Shown: positions 1 to 12,705, counted from the first letter of the whole stretch. The stretch is DNA of 63,981 nt, filler included, from Piptocephalis cylindrospora (GCA_003614145.1; 7 parts of 7 records of this genome joined end to end with filler, not necessarily neighbours in it), one strand, 5' to 3'. Translations and numbers: made by a program. The notes: a model not told the origin generated them from the sequence alone.

Positions 1-1655
1 ATGGAGGACGGAAAGAAGGAGAGGAGGAGGAGGAGGAGGAAGAGGTGGTGGAGGCACGGGAAGAGGGTCTGGGGGGTTGTGCAGCCTTGGTAAGGGGCTC
101 TTCCGAGTTGGAGGCCGCCTTGGAGGGGATGGGCTCCCCCTCATCCTCCTGCACTCCGTCCTCTGATGGCTTTTCCTCGGAGGATCCACTAGTCTCTACC
201 ACCACATCACCTTGTTTGTGGATGGAGCCATTTAAAGAGCTTTTGCTCCTCCCGGCCAAAGGCCAAAGATACCCACCCCATCCAGAGGAGCCTTGGGTAC
301 TAGGGGTCTCCACCATGGTTCCATCCTCCTGTGAGAGGTCCTGATCCTCTTGATTGTGTATCTCGGAAGACCCCTCCTCCCTAGATTGATCCATCTCCTT
401 CCCCTGATCAGAATTAGATTCGGTCACTTTGGATCCATCCTCGGATCCAGAGGATTCTTGCGCCCCTTGACGAAACCACGCTTGCCAGTAGGAGGCCCGT
501 CGCTCGACAGCCTCTTGCACCTCCTCCTCAGACCTTGGCCCTGCACGCCCCGATGGACCTGTGTCTGGGATGCCGTTTGCAACGATTCTCTCCGCCTCCT
601 CCCGTTCAATGATCACCGTTCCTCCTCGGAAAGGCCACCAGTAGGATGCTGCTGCTGCGGCGGCGGCAGCCCTTTCCCTTTCCCCATCCTCACTTCCTAG
701 CTCTAGCATGGATCTGGGACGTTTCCCCGGTGGGGTGGTATCCATGGAGGGAGGATCTGGTCCCTCTTCATTCACTTCTTCTACTGTATCGGCCTCCTCA
801 TGGGATGCATGATGGGGAGAGGAGGAGGAGGAGGAGGCGGACCAAGTAAGGCCGGGGACGGGGATGGAGGGGCTCCATCCCCACCAACCTCCTCGAGAGG
901 GATTCGCCTCAGTGCCAGGGGAAGGGGGGGGTCTGGGAAGGGGCTGTGGTATTTGCGCGTGGACGGGGGGACTGAGCGGTGATGTTGGGTAAGGGCTGAG
1001 TATAGTGGGGAGAGTCAAAGAGAGAGGCGGATGAGGAGACCGGAGGGGAGGAGGATTTCCCCTTTGGGCCCGGCCCCCCTGGCTCGTCCCCTACTCGAAC
1101 CTCCCCAAAGGCTGGGGATCTGGAGGACCACCATGATCCCCGGATCGATGGGGCAGCCTGGGGCTTTGGAGCATCCATCGGACCCTCCCCGGTTGGGGTA
1201 GGTGCGGTGGATTCCTGGTGCGTGGTGTCCTTCTTGGAAGTTTCCGGCTCTGTTGAGGAGGGATCCTGAGATTCTGGACGCTTAGAAATGGGCTGATCAG
1301 TTTCCAAAGGCTCTTGGGTGGAGAAACGATGATAGAAGGAATGGGCTAGCCGCTGACCAAGACCCGATGTGTCCTTGCCCCTCTTCTCTTTATCATGCCT
1401 TCGCTGGGACTCAGGGAAAGATTGAGTTTGACCGACGGCCTGCTCTGTACTCAGGGTAGGGGCGACAGCAGCAGAGGGGGACGAGGAAAGATGAAATGGA
1501 GCTGAGGAGGAAGAGGAGGAAGAGGAGGAGGAGGGGTTGTTGTTGTTGGAAGGCATATCTCCTGGGGGATGGGCGGTGGGCTGAGGGGAAGGAGAGGAGG
1601 AGGTGGTGGAACGAAAGTAGAAAGACCGCAGTGATGAGGCGGAACGTAGGGTCAT
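1..1655 (-). CDS. N-terminal low-complexity half of the YML020W-like protein, displaced by an inversion; frame change near 909-1000
   Basis: The ORF from ATG 1655 ends at 909. A second frame, open from about 1000 to base 1, reads ...GGWWGWSPP...SYWWPF...RASTTSSSSSSSPSFRPP, and its last 55 nt are identical to the start of the 3904+ coding segment. One extra C in the C8 run at 924-931, or an unseen intron, would join the frames. Confidence 0.6.
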
Positions 1656-1806
1656 GGGCAAACAAAAGAAGAAAGAGAGGGTGGGATGGATACCTAGATG
1701 GGCAACAAGAGAAGAACTGAGAGAAGAGGAAGGGGTGGGAGAAAGGAAAGGAGGGATGGATGGGGTGAGAAGAGAGAGAGGAGGGGAGGATGAAGGATTT
1801 GGCCCT

Positions 1807-1808
<2 letters not shown>

Positions 1809-1851
<43 letters not shown>

Positions 1852-1900
1852 GCACACATATGCACACATACATACACAATACACGCCGCACACACCGCAC
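1809..1900. repeat. (CA)n microsatellite with degenerate tail
   Basis: About 19 consecutive CA units, then imperfect CA/CACAT units. Confidence 0.95.
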
Positions 1901-3903
1901 ACCCATCATGAGGATGAGGCAGTCCAGATGCAGACTTGGTCAAGGTAAGGACCGGTCAAGTTGACCCAGTCTCCGCCTCATGCTCATTATGAGGGTAGGG
2001 GGCGGAGACTGGCGGTGGCAGGCAGGTCACACTTAGACAGGCACCGGTCTGAGATAGGAAAGCACACACAGACAGACACCAGTCGATTGATGCCTCCTAG
2101 AGGGATGAAAGATGGCCAGGAGTGGGGGAAGGAGATGGTGCGGATGGTCATATCCGTCTATTCAAATAGCCCTAGAATGGACGGTGTGCAAGCACGCTTC
2201 ACATGTAGGTTTGAACATCGTGTCGCTCAGAGGGGAAAGAGAGGAGAGGCGTAATGCAGGTCGAGTGGGATGTGGAGGACTCCTGCCTCAGGGTCCTACG
2301 AGACGCATACCATGGCAAAGGGAAGAAGGGGTTTAGAGTCGTGCAGATGTGTCTCTTTACGGCTCACTTGTCCTGAATCGACATGGTGCGATCCAGACAT
2401 GGGGAATGATCCTGACAAAGGGGCTCGGTCAGAGACAGGAGCCCTGGCTCCATCCTCGAGTGGATCTGACCGCCCAATGGATCCTAGACAGTGAGACAGA
2501 AGCTGTGGGCTTTTCACCCTTGGCGTAGCATGGGGGGATGAAGATCGTCGTGGCCTTGTCTCCATTTTACAGTCATTTGCCAGTCTGCCTTGGATACGAT
2601 GCTCCTTTCCTCAGCCACTACGTCCTTTGTTTATACGACACATGCATCTGCAGTCACTACGGTAAAAAAAAATCTTTCTCCCACCCCCAAAGGATGGGGG
2701 TGCTCCCCTTTGCCATGTCTGTATGGCGCCACCACGAAGGTCAGGCTGAAGAAGATATATCCATCCTTGCTCTCCATCTATTTCCGCGTCCTTCCGACCT
2801 GCTCTTCGTGTATGCTATGCAACCAGTGTGGCAAGAGCAAGAGCGAGTGACTGTGACCCGATTTACCATTCACACTCTCCCTCCCCTTTTCCACTATCGG
2901 TGATGGCTGAATATGAAGCTGTCTGTGTGCGCGCTAGCCCATCTTCGAGTGACACATACACACACAGACACGCCCATGGCCCCATGATATGCCCTTATTA
3001 TTGAGACTCAGCCATGGTGGTACAAGAAGCCAAGAGCTTTAAAGAAAGAAGAATAGACGGGGTTGACTAGTCATCTCGGAAACGAGAGAGAGAGGGAAAT
3101 GGAAGAAACACCGCACAAACACCTGTCAGGATCAGCGAGAGAATTAGCTAAGCTACCACCACACCATCGCACTTTTGACCCCTGAATGTGTGTGCACTAA
3201 GTTCAACAACCATGTCCCTCGCCCTTCCACCCTGGTCGTGGGGTTTAAGGTGTGTGCGTGCTGCTATTGCCCCCCTTTCATACACTAGCGTGATCAGAGT
3301 GTGTTTCATGTGCCTTTCCACAGTATAAACTTGAGGGGAGAGAAGAGACAAGGCGTAAACGGGAGAGGCGTAAGGAAGCACCACTGAGTATCCAAAGCAC
3401 AAGAACCACTGATCTTAAAGGAGAGGATGATCCTTTCTTTTCCTCCTATGCTGCTGCTCATGATCTTTAGAGGGGAGGGGAGATAATGCCATGTGGACTC
3501 TTTCATACCGCCGCTCCCTACCCTCCGCTCATCCCTCGGTGTAACAAGCGTAACAAGACGAAGCATCTGGATATTGAGGGTCTCAGGAGAAGCCGAAAAG
3601 AGGAGGGTTCAGGAGAAATCGAAAAGACGAGGGGGACGTCAGGATCGTCCAGATCCTAGGGCAATCCCCAATCTCAACGGAGAAAAAGGTAGGGGTCGTG
3701 AGTCTTCCCCTCCCCCCTCACATCCCCTCTCCCGTCAGTAAGGACCCGAACGGTCCCATCTACTCACACGGCCATGTTTAAGTTTTATATTCCGAACCCC
3801 CGACAACTTTGGTGTCTGTCTGTACTCAAAGGACCTGCCCCCCTCCCCAGGGATCATGAGAGAGGACGATCTGGCCTTGGCCGATGTGAATCCTCTCACT
3901 TGG

Positions 3904-5433
3904 GCCTCCACCACCTCTTCCTCCTCCTCCTCCTCCTCTCCTTCTTTCCGTCCTCCATCAAGCAAGGGAAAGGAGCCAAAGACTCCGCCAAGCCCAAAGC
4001 CCAAGCTGTATGCCAATCAGGTCCTTCCTCCTTTTGAGCCCAATCTGGCGCGAAAGTCCGGCCAGGGCCCCGCGGGCGTGGTCGGCCGGGCCATGGGAGC
4101 CATGGGTAGGGCCTTATGGTCCGGGGTCCATGGATCCAACGCCCCCCCTCCCCCTCCTCCACTTGAACATGTGGTTATCATTGGCATTCATGGGTGGTTC
4201 CCCACCAAGTTTGTTCAAAAGGGTAAGTCTACATGGTTGACCGAGGGGATACAGTCCTTACTCTCTCCTTCCTACCCACTCACCCACTTCCTCACACAGT
4301 CATTGGGGAACCCACGGGAACGTCGGAGCGGTTCTGTGAGCAAATGGAAAAGGCTCTACGTCGGCACCTGAGTCAGGCCCACGGAATGACCCTGGCCGTC
4401 GATGCCGTGACCCTCATCCCGCTTCGGGGCGAGGGAAAGGTCGAATCCAGAGTGGATCGTCTATACGCCTCACTCTTGGCCCCACAGGTCCCTCATTGGA
4501 GAAAGGCGGTCAGACAGGCTGATCTGGTCCTGGTGGCCACCCACTCCCAGGGCACCCCGGTCTCCACCCTCCTCTTGGACCGTCTCATCGGTGAAGGGAT
4601 GGTCGAACCCACCCGGCAACGCATAGGCCTCCTTGCCATGGCTGGCATATCCCACGGTCCCTTCCCGTATCTTCGGGGTAATGTCATTGTCAAGTATTTT
4701 GAAGCCGAGGCCGCCCGGGAGCTCTTTGACTTTATGCGATCCGACAGCCAGGTGTCTCGGATGTATCGTGAGGCCATGCATCGAATCCTTGCCCATGGCG
4801 TCAAGGTGGTTGGGATGGCTTCCATGGCCGATCAAGTCGTTCCTGTGAGTCATGATGCATCTGTACTGATGGAAATGTGGGGTACGTATGGATGGGGTCA
4901 CTCACTCTCCTCCTCCCCTATAGCTCTACTCGGCCACCATGTTTGGCTTCTCCCACCCATCCCTACTCAGAGCTGTGTATGTAGATGGCCATGACTATCG
5001 TCCAGACTTTCTCACCCACCTCATTACCTTCCTCCTGCGTGTGCGCAACCACGGCATCCCAGATCATGGGTTAGCTGTGCACCTCAGTGAAGTACTGGCT
5101 GGATCATTGTACAGCGGGACTCAAGGTCACTCGACCATCTACGAGGATTTAGGTCCGTATACCCTCGCCATCCGCTGGGTCCTCGAGTCCCCTTGGGTCT
5201 CCCCTCATCCAATAGCCCCGGAACTTCAGGCTTTTGGCGTGTCGGGTCAACTTAACCCCTACTACCTCCCGTGGATCCTTCGTGGCATCCTTGAGGATCC
5301 CCGGCTAAGGAAAAACTCATCTCTGGTCCGGGAGGTCGAGGGGCTCAAAGACCTGTTTGATGGATGGGAGCCTACTTCCCGGGCCATGCGGGATCTCAAG
5401 TTTCGGCTTGAGCCCATTCGTGCCCGACTTTAA
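3904..5433 (+). CDS. YML020W-like conserved fungal protein, C-terminal alpha/beta-hydrolase-like part
   Basis: Motifs VVIIGIHGWFP, GEPTGTSERF, ATHSQGTPVS, MAGISHGPF, GHSTIYED and NPYYLPW. Introns 4223-4299 and 4845-4923 restore the frame. Ends in ARL*. Confidence 0.85.
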
Positions 5434-6296
5434 CATGTGTTCTGTTGTCTAGCACAGCGGAAGGGAGAGGAGGGATATGTTGTTTTTTTCTTGTACCATG
5501 GTTGAAATGGACACCTTTAAGGTTTGCATGCATGTCTTTGTGTATCTTTATTGCCTGGATACGATGGGCTTGACCAAGGGTCTCTCCATCATGGTTGAGC
5601 AATGACCTCGAGGAGGGAGTTGGAGTAGCCATGCCAAAAATAGAGCAAGTCAGCTGAGACGAGTCTCGGAATCGTCCTCCTTCCATCCCAACCCAAATCC
5701 AACCCAACCCAGAAGGATCATAGTGTGTGTGTGTGCGTGCAGGGAGGATTGTGTGGCCAACGAGGTTGACTGCTAGTCCTCATCTCGGAATGCGGGGTAG
5801 CCGACGCTGATCTTGTCCCCTCCATATGAGATGATGTGTGCGAGATACCCACACACACACACATACATAGAGGTGGGTAGGGTCGGGCCCAGGCGGGTGG
5901 GATGCAGGTGGACTGGCCAAATTGGTCAGGTTTCCCCCATCCCTCTCTCTTTCCTTCTCTCTCTCTCCGCCAATGCTTATGCTATAGCGGGGGTGTAATT
6001 CCGTTCACTCGCCATCTATTATGGACCACGACAAAAGGGCCGGCCCCACAGGTCACACTCAAGCTCATCCTACCCTACTTTTTGCGGGGGAACATCCATA
6101 TACGAGCTCATACTAGTATCCCACAAGCCCAAGGGCTGGGATGTGCCCCCCTCCCTCCACCACCCGTTCTGAGCACACGTCACGTCGCCGACGGGTAGGG
6201 TGGGAGAGAAGGCGATGCGAAGACCAGACACCCATGACAGCACCCCTCCAGCTTGAGTGACAAACAGGGGAAAATCAGGATCAATTCCCCGGTGCC

Positions 6297-6304
6297 TATA
6301 AATA
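6297..6304 (+). promoter_or_regulatory. TATA box upstream of FBP1
   Basis: TATAAATA about 120 bp upstream of ATG 6421, followed by a CT-rich leader. Confidence 0.55.
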
Positions 6305-6420
6305 CCACCCTCTTCAGAGAAGCAACCAAAGCCTGTTCCTACTCCTCCACACCTCCCTCCTCCTTTTTCCCACCCCCCTCTCCCCCCGTTTCTTCATCAC
6401 ATAACACCACCACCACCACC

Positions 6421-7524
6421 ATGGCTGATCACACCAAGACCAACCTGGTCACCCTGACCAGACACGTCCTCTCCGACCAAAAGAAACACGCTGACGCTAC
6501 TGGCGACCTCACCCTTCTTCTCACCTCCATCCAGCTGGGTTGTAAGTTTGTCGCCACGAGCGTCCGGAAGGCCGGATTGGTTCACTTGACCGGTCTGGCT
6601 GGGGCCACCAATGTCCAGGGAGAAGATGTGAAGAAGTTGGATATCCTCTCCAATGAGATCTTCATCAACGCCCTTCGTTCGTCGGGTATGTCCGCCATCC
6701 TCGTCAGCGAGGAGGACGAAGAGGCCATCTTCATCGAGGAGGGTTTACAGGGCAAGTACTGTGTGGTCTTTGATCCCCTTGACGGCTCCTCCAACATCGA
6801 TGCCGGTGTTAATGTCGGTACCATCTTTGGTATTTACCGTGTGGTACGTCATTCTCCCAAGAGAAAGGGTAGAGAGAGGGGAGCCAACACTACTTGTACT
6901 CACCCATCCAGTCACCCATCCTTGTAGAAGGATGAGGGTGGAAGGCCCTCCCTTGCCGACGTCCTTCGTCCAGGAACCGAGATGATCGCCGCTGGTTATG
7001 CCCAGTACGGCTCATCCTGTAACCTTGTCCTCACCGTCGATAAAACCATCCATGGGTATACCCTAGACTCGACCATCGGTGAGTTCATCCTCACTCATCC
7101 GGACATCCGTATCCCGGACCGGGGAAGTATTTACTCGGTCAACGAGGGAAACTCCATGTACTGGGATGAACCCTGCAAGACCTACTTCAACTCCATCAAG
7201 TTCCCCACTCAGCCCAATACCAAGCCCTACTCCGCCAGGTACATTGGATCCATGGTGGCCGACATCCACCGGACCCTTCTGTACGGCGGTATCTTTGCCT
7301 ATCCCGGGGATAGCAAGAGCCCCAAGGGCAAGCTCCGTGTCCTTTACGAGTGCTTCCCCATGGCCATGATCATGGAGAATGCCGGCGGCAAGGCCTCTAC
7401 CGGCCACTCCCGTATGCTCGAGTACACTCCCACCCACATCCATGACCGCAGTCCTATTTTCCTCGGGAGTAAGAAGGATGTCGAGGACATTGAGGCCCTA
7501 TACCGTGCTGCTGCCTCCAAGTAG
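6421..7524 (+). CDS. FBP1: Fructose-1,6-bisphosphatase, class I
   Basis: Motifs NVQGEDVKKLD, SEE, FDPLDGSSNID, YSARYIGSMVADIHRTL and GKLRVLYECFP. Intron 6844-6927. Confidence 0.97.
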
Positions 7525-7796
7525 GGCTTTAGGACAGTTGAGGTGTTTAGGGCAGAGGCTGGACGCTATTTTTAAAATGAGGAAATGAAAGAGAATAAAC
7601 CACAGTCCTCTTGTGGATCGTTGCATCATGATCTTTCTCGACCAAGGAAGAATAACCCCTCCTCCTCTTCTTCCCCCTCCTCCCATCCTGCACACCCAAA
7701 GGATCGGTCAAGGCAGACAACAATGGACGGATGGATGGATGGATGATTAATTGGAGAAAACAAAAAGATACACACTCACTCTTTCCCCTCGCTCCC

Positions 7797-9169
7797 CTAT
7801 TCAATGGACCAGCGCTTCTGCTGTTGATAATTGCCCATGTAGATCCCGTCGGTATTGGGACCGGACTGCTGAAAGTGCTGTCGAAGACCCTGACCAAAGT
7901 TCCTGTACACAAACAAGGATACAATGAGGGTCACTAGGGCCAAGAGAATGTCGACGATGAGGAAGAGGGTAAAGAAGTTCCGGGATCCATCGTATCGGTC
8001 GCACAGCTCGGCCGGTTGCAGCGTCCCATCCCGCTGAAGGATACAGGGCTCCCCCGGGTGGGAGTAGGGGGGTTGCATGAGGACGAGGCGATTGATCATA
8101 TACCCGATGGTCGCGATGATCCCCGCGCCAAAGGCCCCCATGCCCCACTTGTTCTCGGCCCGGACCGACCAGAAGCCCAGGACCAGCATGACGCAGCAGC
8201 CCCCGACCGAGACGACACAGTGGACGATAATGTCTTGGTATTTCGCGGCGCCCTCAAGGGTATTGGACTCATTGACGAGGAGGACGAGGTACTGGCAACT
8301 GAAGGCCAGGAGCATAAAAACATCCAATTTCAGCAACATGACATACACCTGGTAGATCATGAATTTGCGTCGCATCTTGATGTCTGCCCCGATCTTCTTG
8401 TACACCGACCAACCAAACTCCTTGTACAATGCCCAAGCTTGTATGGCGTAGGACATGGAGAAGAGGCCCATGACGACGGCAAGAACGATGGCTACGACCA
8501 CCCCAGCTTTGGACGCGAGTCTATCCTGTATCTCCTTACTGGTCCCCGGGGGGACATCCATCGACACAAAGACCTTGTTTCCCTGGACAATCTGGAGAAT
8601 AGAGTAGGCCATGCACACAAAATTGTACAGGATCAGGCCGATAATCTGGATGGTATTTTTTTGTCGAACCTACCTTGAGGGGAATGTGTGTGAGAGGTAA
8701 GTGGGAGGAGAGGGGAGGGGAGAGGATATTCTTCCTGCAATAGACCTTACCGCATCCACAAAAAGAATCAGTTGAAAGAGCTGAGCAACGATAAAGAGGA
8801 TATGGTAGACGGAAAGGGCCTGGGCCCTCTGGATGGTCTGGACCTCATCGGGAAAGGCTTCGCTGACGGCCGCGTTGGTCGAGAGCTGACAGACAAAAAC
8901 GGCAATCTCTAGGGCGATGATGACTACGGCTTGAAGAAGAGAATTCCACAGGGCCATCTTGACCGTTCGAGATCCCTTGAACTATATCAGGCGGGTAGGG
9001 GGAATGTGTGAGCAGATGGAAGAGAACACAGGAGGCCCAACCATGGAGAGAACCACCCCATCCATCTCCCCTGGCATGTACGGCCATGCAATGAGTATGG
9101 GCCAAGGAGAATGAAATAAAGCATGGTTTTACATACATCACCAAGGAGCCATTGTGCAAATTTACCCAT
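7797..9169 (-). CDS. UPF0658-like multi-pass (Golgi) membrane protein
   Basis: Several TM helices and YKEFGWSVYKKIGADIKMRR...LLKLDVF. Three exons: MGKFAQWLLGD / FKGSRTVKMALW...FVDA / 3' exon to 7797. Confidence 0.7.
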
Positions 9170-9324
9170 GATGTCTCTTACACCGCGCACCGAAGAAAAG
9201 AATGGTCAATGTAAAGAGGGAGGAGGGGGGAGGAGGTGAGGAGGGGAGAGGAAAGGACAGGATGGGATGGGATGGGGTGGTGGATATCAGTAAGGGAGAA
9301 GGAAAGAAAAGATGGAGAGCGATG

Positions 9325-9424
9325 NNNNNNNNNNNNNNNNNNNNNNNNNNNNNNNNNNNNNNNNNNNNTTAATTAATTAANNNNNNNNNNNNNNNNNNNN
9401 NNNNNNNNNNNNNNNNNNNNNNNN
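9325..9424. other. Artificial contig linker
   Basis: 44 N + TTAATTAATTAA (stops in all six frames) + 44 N. Confidence 0.98.
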
Positions 9425-9483
9425 ATATTCTGCTCTCTTCATCTCATCCTATCTTCTATTGCTGAAGTTTCCCATCCCCCCAA

Positions 9484-11256
9484 ATGACCGGATCCACCCA
9501 AACCAACCCTCCCTCGGATACCCCGGCCAAAATGGACTCTACTATCATAGCCCCCAAACCCTCCACGGATACCCTTCTAAGTAACATCCTTGCAGCTCTC
9601 ATCTCCATCCAGGAGGATCAAACTAAGCTCCGGTCCCAGGTGGAGGAGTACCAGCGAGCTACCTCCACAGAGGTGAATGCCTTGAAGCAGCAATTGACTC
9701 AATCTCCCATCACTGACAAGGCCAGTGGAGTCGGTTTCCTTGCTCAAGCTTCTCCCCCCATTAGGCGGGAGGACACAGTGGAGGACAAGATAGCCGCTGC
9801 AAGCTCTGCCACGTCTACTCACCTGTCCCAGAGTCAACAGTACAGTGATCGTATCATCCTTACTACATATCCTGGTCAGATGGGGATAAAGCCCATTCCG
9901 TTGCATTGGGGCGTCACTGACCCCCTTACCCGCGGGCCTGTCGTCGTCTCCCGTCATCCCTCAAGCATCAAGAGAAGAAACGCTATTGGGGCCTACGGGG
10001 GTTCCTATTGCGTTTATCGGGCCCTCTCCATCGCCATCGGCGCTCTCCCCGCCAACCACATTCCCGACTATGGCCTAACGGCTCCACCCGTCTCATTTCC
10101 TCCACAGCCGTCCTGGACTGGAAAGGCCATTGTTAGCATGGATCCATGGGGCCATATGGTCCCCCAGTTGTGGGGCAAGGAGATTCAGGAGGAGAAGATG
10201 GACCTACGTCCATCCATCGCCATCACCAAGGCTCACATGACCATCCCGGAGATCGAAGGCGCCGTCCAGGCTGGGAGACTCAAGGTGGATGGTAACGTCG
10301 TCTTAAATGCCCAAGGAGAGCTCAAGGTGACCAAGGCTGCCATTGAACCAGTCTGGTACTTACCCGGAGTAGCCGAGCGTTTTGGTATTACCGAAGGCGT
10401 TCTTCGTCGTGCCCTATTGTAAGTGATTGTGATGGCAGTTACAGTGATCATCATCATCGTCATGCTCACATATACCCTTCCCACCTCTTATAGCGAGGAC
10501 ACTGGTGGTATGTACCCAGAGCTGATCACTCGACCTGACCTCAAGGTGTTCCTTCCTCCCATCGGTGGAGCCACCGTGTACATCTTTGGCGACCCCTCCA
10601 CCATCCCCGACACCACAGTCCCCCTTACCTCCCGGGTGCATGATGAGTGCAATGGAAGTGATGTCTTTGGTAGTGACATTTGTACATGTCGCCCTTACCT
10701 CATCTACGGCATTGAGGAGTGTGTTCGTCAGGCCCAGGAGGGAGGAAATGGGGTTATTGTGTACTGTAAGTGTCCAAGACAGAGCAGCTCATGATCATCT
10801 AGAAGACACTAACCCTTCCCAAAAACCCCTTCTTCTCTCCCATCAGTCCGTAAGGAAGGTAGAGCCTTGGGTGAGGTAACCAAATACTTGGTTTACAATG
10901 CCAGGAAGCGTCAAGAAGGTGGGGATACGGCAGACAATTACTTTTTACGCACGGAAAATGTGGCCGGAGTCAAGGATGCTCGCTTCCAGGCCCTTATGCC
11001 TGACATCCTCTCGTGGCTGGGCATCAAGAAGATCGACCGGTTCATGTCCATGTCCAATATGAAGTACGAGGCCATTGCCGATGCCAACATTGAAGTGGTA
11101 GAGAGATGTCCCATTCCAGATGAGCTCATCCCAGCGGATTCTCGAGTGGAGATCGACGCCAAAATCGCCGCTGGCTACTTCACCTCGGGTCAAGTCCCGA
11201 CGGAAAAGGGCCTTGCCGATGTCAAGGGTAGGGGTTGGGATGACATACAACATTAG
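9484..11256 (+). CDS. urg1: Uracil-regulated protein 1 / URC1-like (GTP cyclohydrolase N-terminal domain + GTP cyclohydrolase II-like domain)
   Basis: Motifs ILTTYPGQ, RNAIGAYGGSY, RVHDECNGSDVFGSDICTCRPYL, RKEGRALGEVTKYLVYNARKRQ and EIDAKIAAGYF. Introns at about 10419-10493 and 10766-10846. Confidence 0.92.
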
Positions 11257-11454
11257 TGGAACGGGGAGAGGGGATGAAGAATGGAAATACAAAAGGGGGT
11301 AGTCTTTCTTTGATTTGGATAGAATATCACTTTTCAAAAGTGAAGAAATGGAAGAAGAATGAAATGGTGCATTAAATCATGGAATTCACCATGCAATGTG
11401 TACAGAGTAAGCGAGATGGATGCTCTTTAGGATAGAAGGGGGAGGGGGAGAAAA

Positions 11455-12261
11455 TCAGCGACGAGGGTGAGGCCCCTTATCACCCCTAAAGTCAAAAGAA
11501 GACGAGCCAATGCGACGACGAGCCTTGGTTGATACAGTGGATGAGGATCCGGATCGGGTGTTTCCTCGGGTCGAGAGCCTCCTTCGTCGTTGCTGCCGGG
11601 AAGGAATTAGACGGAGAGGTAAAGGTAATTTGGATCCGGGGCTCATCCTCAAACCTCTGGAGGGTGGGATGGCCCGGGTGTGTAATGCCGCTACCGGAAG
11701 GATGCGTTGATACAGCACAGAGGTTTGATCTGATTTCAAAGGAGATTCTGGAGAGGATAGGATAGGGCTAGGTGGATCTAGTAGACCTTCATCCAAAGGC
11801 AACGGGGAGGGTGGTCCTTGAATTGACCCTATGGGAGAAGGTGGTTCATCTCTATCACTTGGGTCATCCAGACCAAATCCCGGGTCATAGGGAAGTGGCA
11901 GACGAGGAGGAGGAGCATACTCTATATCCTCAGGTTCTGCCTCTATCTCCAATGTATCTAGCTTGAATTTGGCCAAGGCTTTCTGCTCAGGTTCATCCCT
12001 ATGGACGTGAAATCCACTCTTCCTCTCACCCGTACGTCCTGGGGTCCCTTGACTGGGGATAAGAGTGTTCTTCAAGGTTGGACCAAGCACGGATGACAAC
12101 CGAACCTTGGGTGTCCCATTCACCCTGTCCATCAATATGGGTCTGGGCGTGTGTCGACGACCTGGGGTTTTGGGTGGGGCAGGAAGGTCATTCTCCCCAC
12201 GAGAGGCTCCTTCTTTACGTCTGGGCGTAGAGAAGGGATCAAGCAGCGAGTTTTGGAACAT
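11455..12261 (-). CDS. Putative securin (Pds1/Cut2-like)
   Basis: 268-aa Pro/Ser/Arg-rich protein with D-box RPILMDRVN and DIEYAPPPRLPLPYDP, resembling the separase-inhibitory segment of securins. Confidence 0.6.
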   Translation of the reverse strand: MFQNSLLDPFSTPRRKEGASRGENDLPAPPKTPGRRHTPRPILMDRVNGTPKVRLSSVLGPTLKNTLIPSQGTPGRTGERKSGFHVHRDEPEQKALAKFKLDTLEIEAEPEDIEYAPPPRLPLPYDPGFGLDDPSDRDEPPSPIGSIQGPPSPLPLDEGLLDPPSPILSSPESPLKSDQTSVLYQRILPVAALHTRAIPPSRGLRMSPGSKLPLPLRLIPSRQQRRRRLSTRGNTRSGSSSTVSTKARRRIGSSSFDFRGDKGPHPRR

Positions 12262-12705
12262 GATGTGAAGAGTGAGATGTAGAGAGGGAAGAGTGCAAGG
12301 GTGTGCCAGGACAGAGCACCATACCTCCTTGGCGCTGTTCGTCTGAATGGATAAGTCTTATTAATCATCTCAATATCCATCGAATCTTAAAGGTACGCTT
12401 ATCCATTTCATCCTTTACATATTGAGCAATGATGTTCAAGGAGCATTCATTCATAAGACCACCCCATTCTCTGACTTTCAATCCATAATACAAAATACGA
12501 ATTATTTAAGCCACACTTGTCAAAAAAGAGGTAGTACAGTTTCCTATGTTTGTCTCTCTCGGGATTGCCCGTAATCTGGCCATTTCCTGGACGCGCACTT
12601 CATAAATCAAAGAGCAAAAAGGCTGCCTTGCCCGGGAAAGAAACACGCTCTGCTTCTCGACATTGCCTTCCTAACCCTCCTTGGACACGCTTTCTCCCAG
12701 TCATC

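Noticed and set aside
909..911. UGA readthrough or selenocysteine in the first ORF
   Set aside because: The long downstream coding frame is a different frame; an indel or intron explains it better.
1411..1911. ORFs with VCVC/THTH runs
   Set aside because: Translations of the (CA)n microsatellite.
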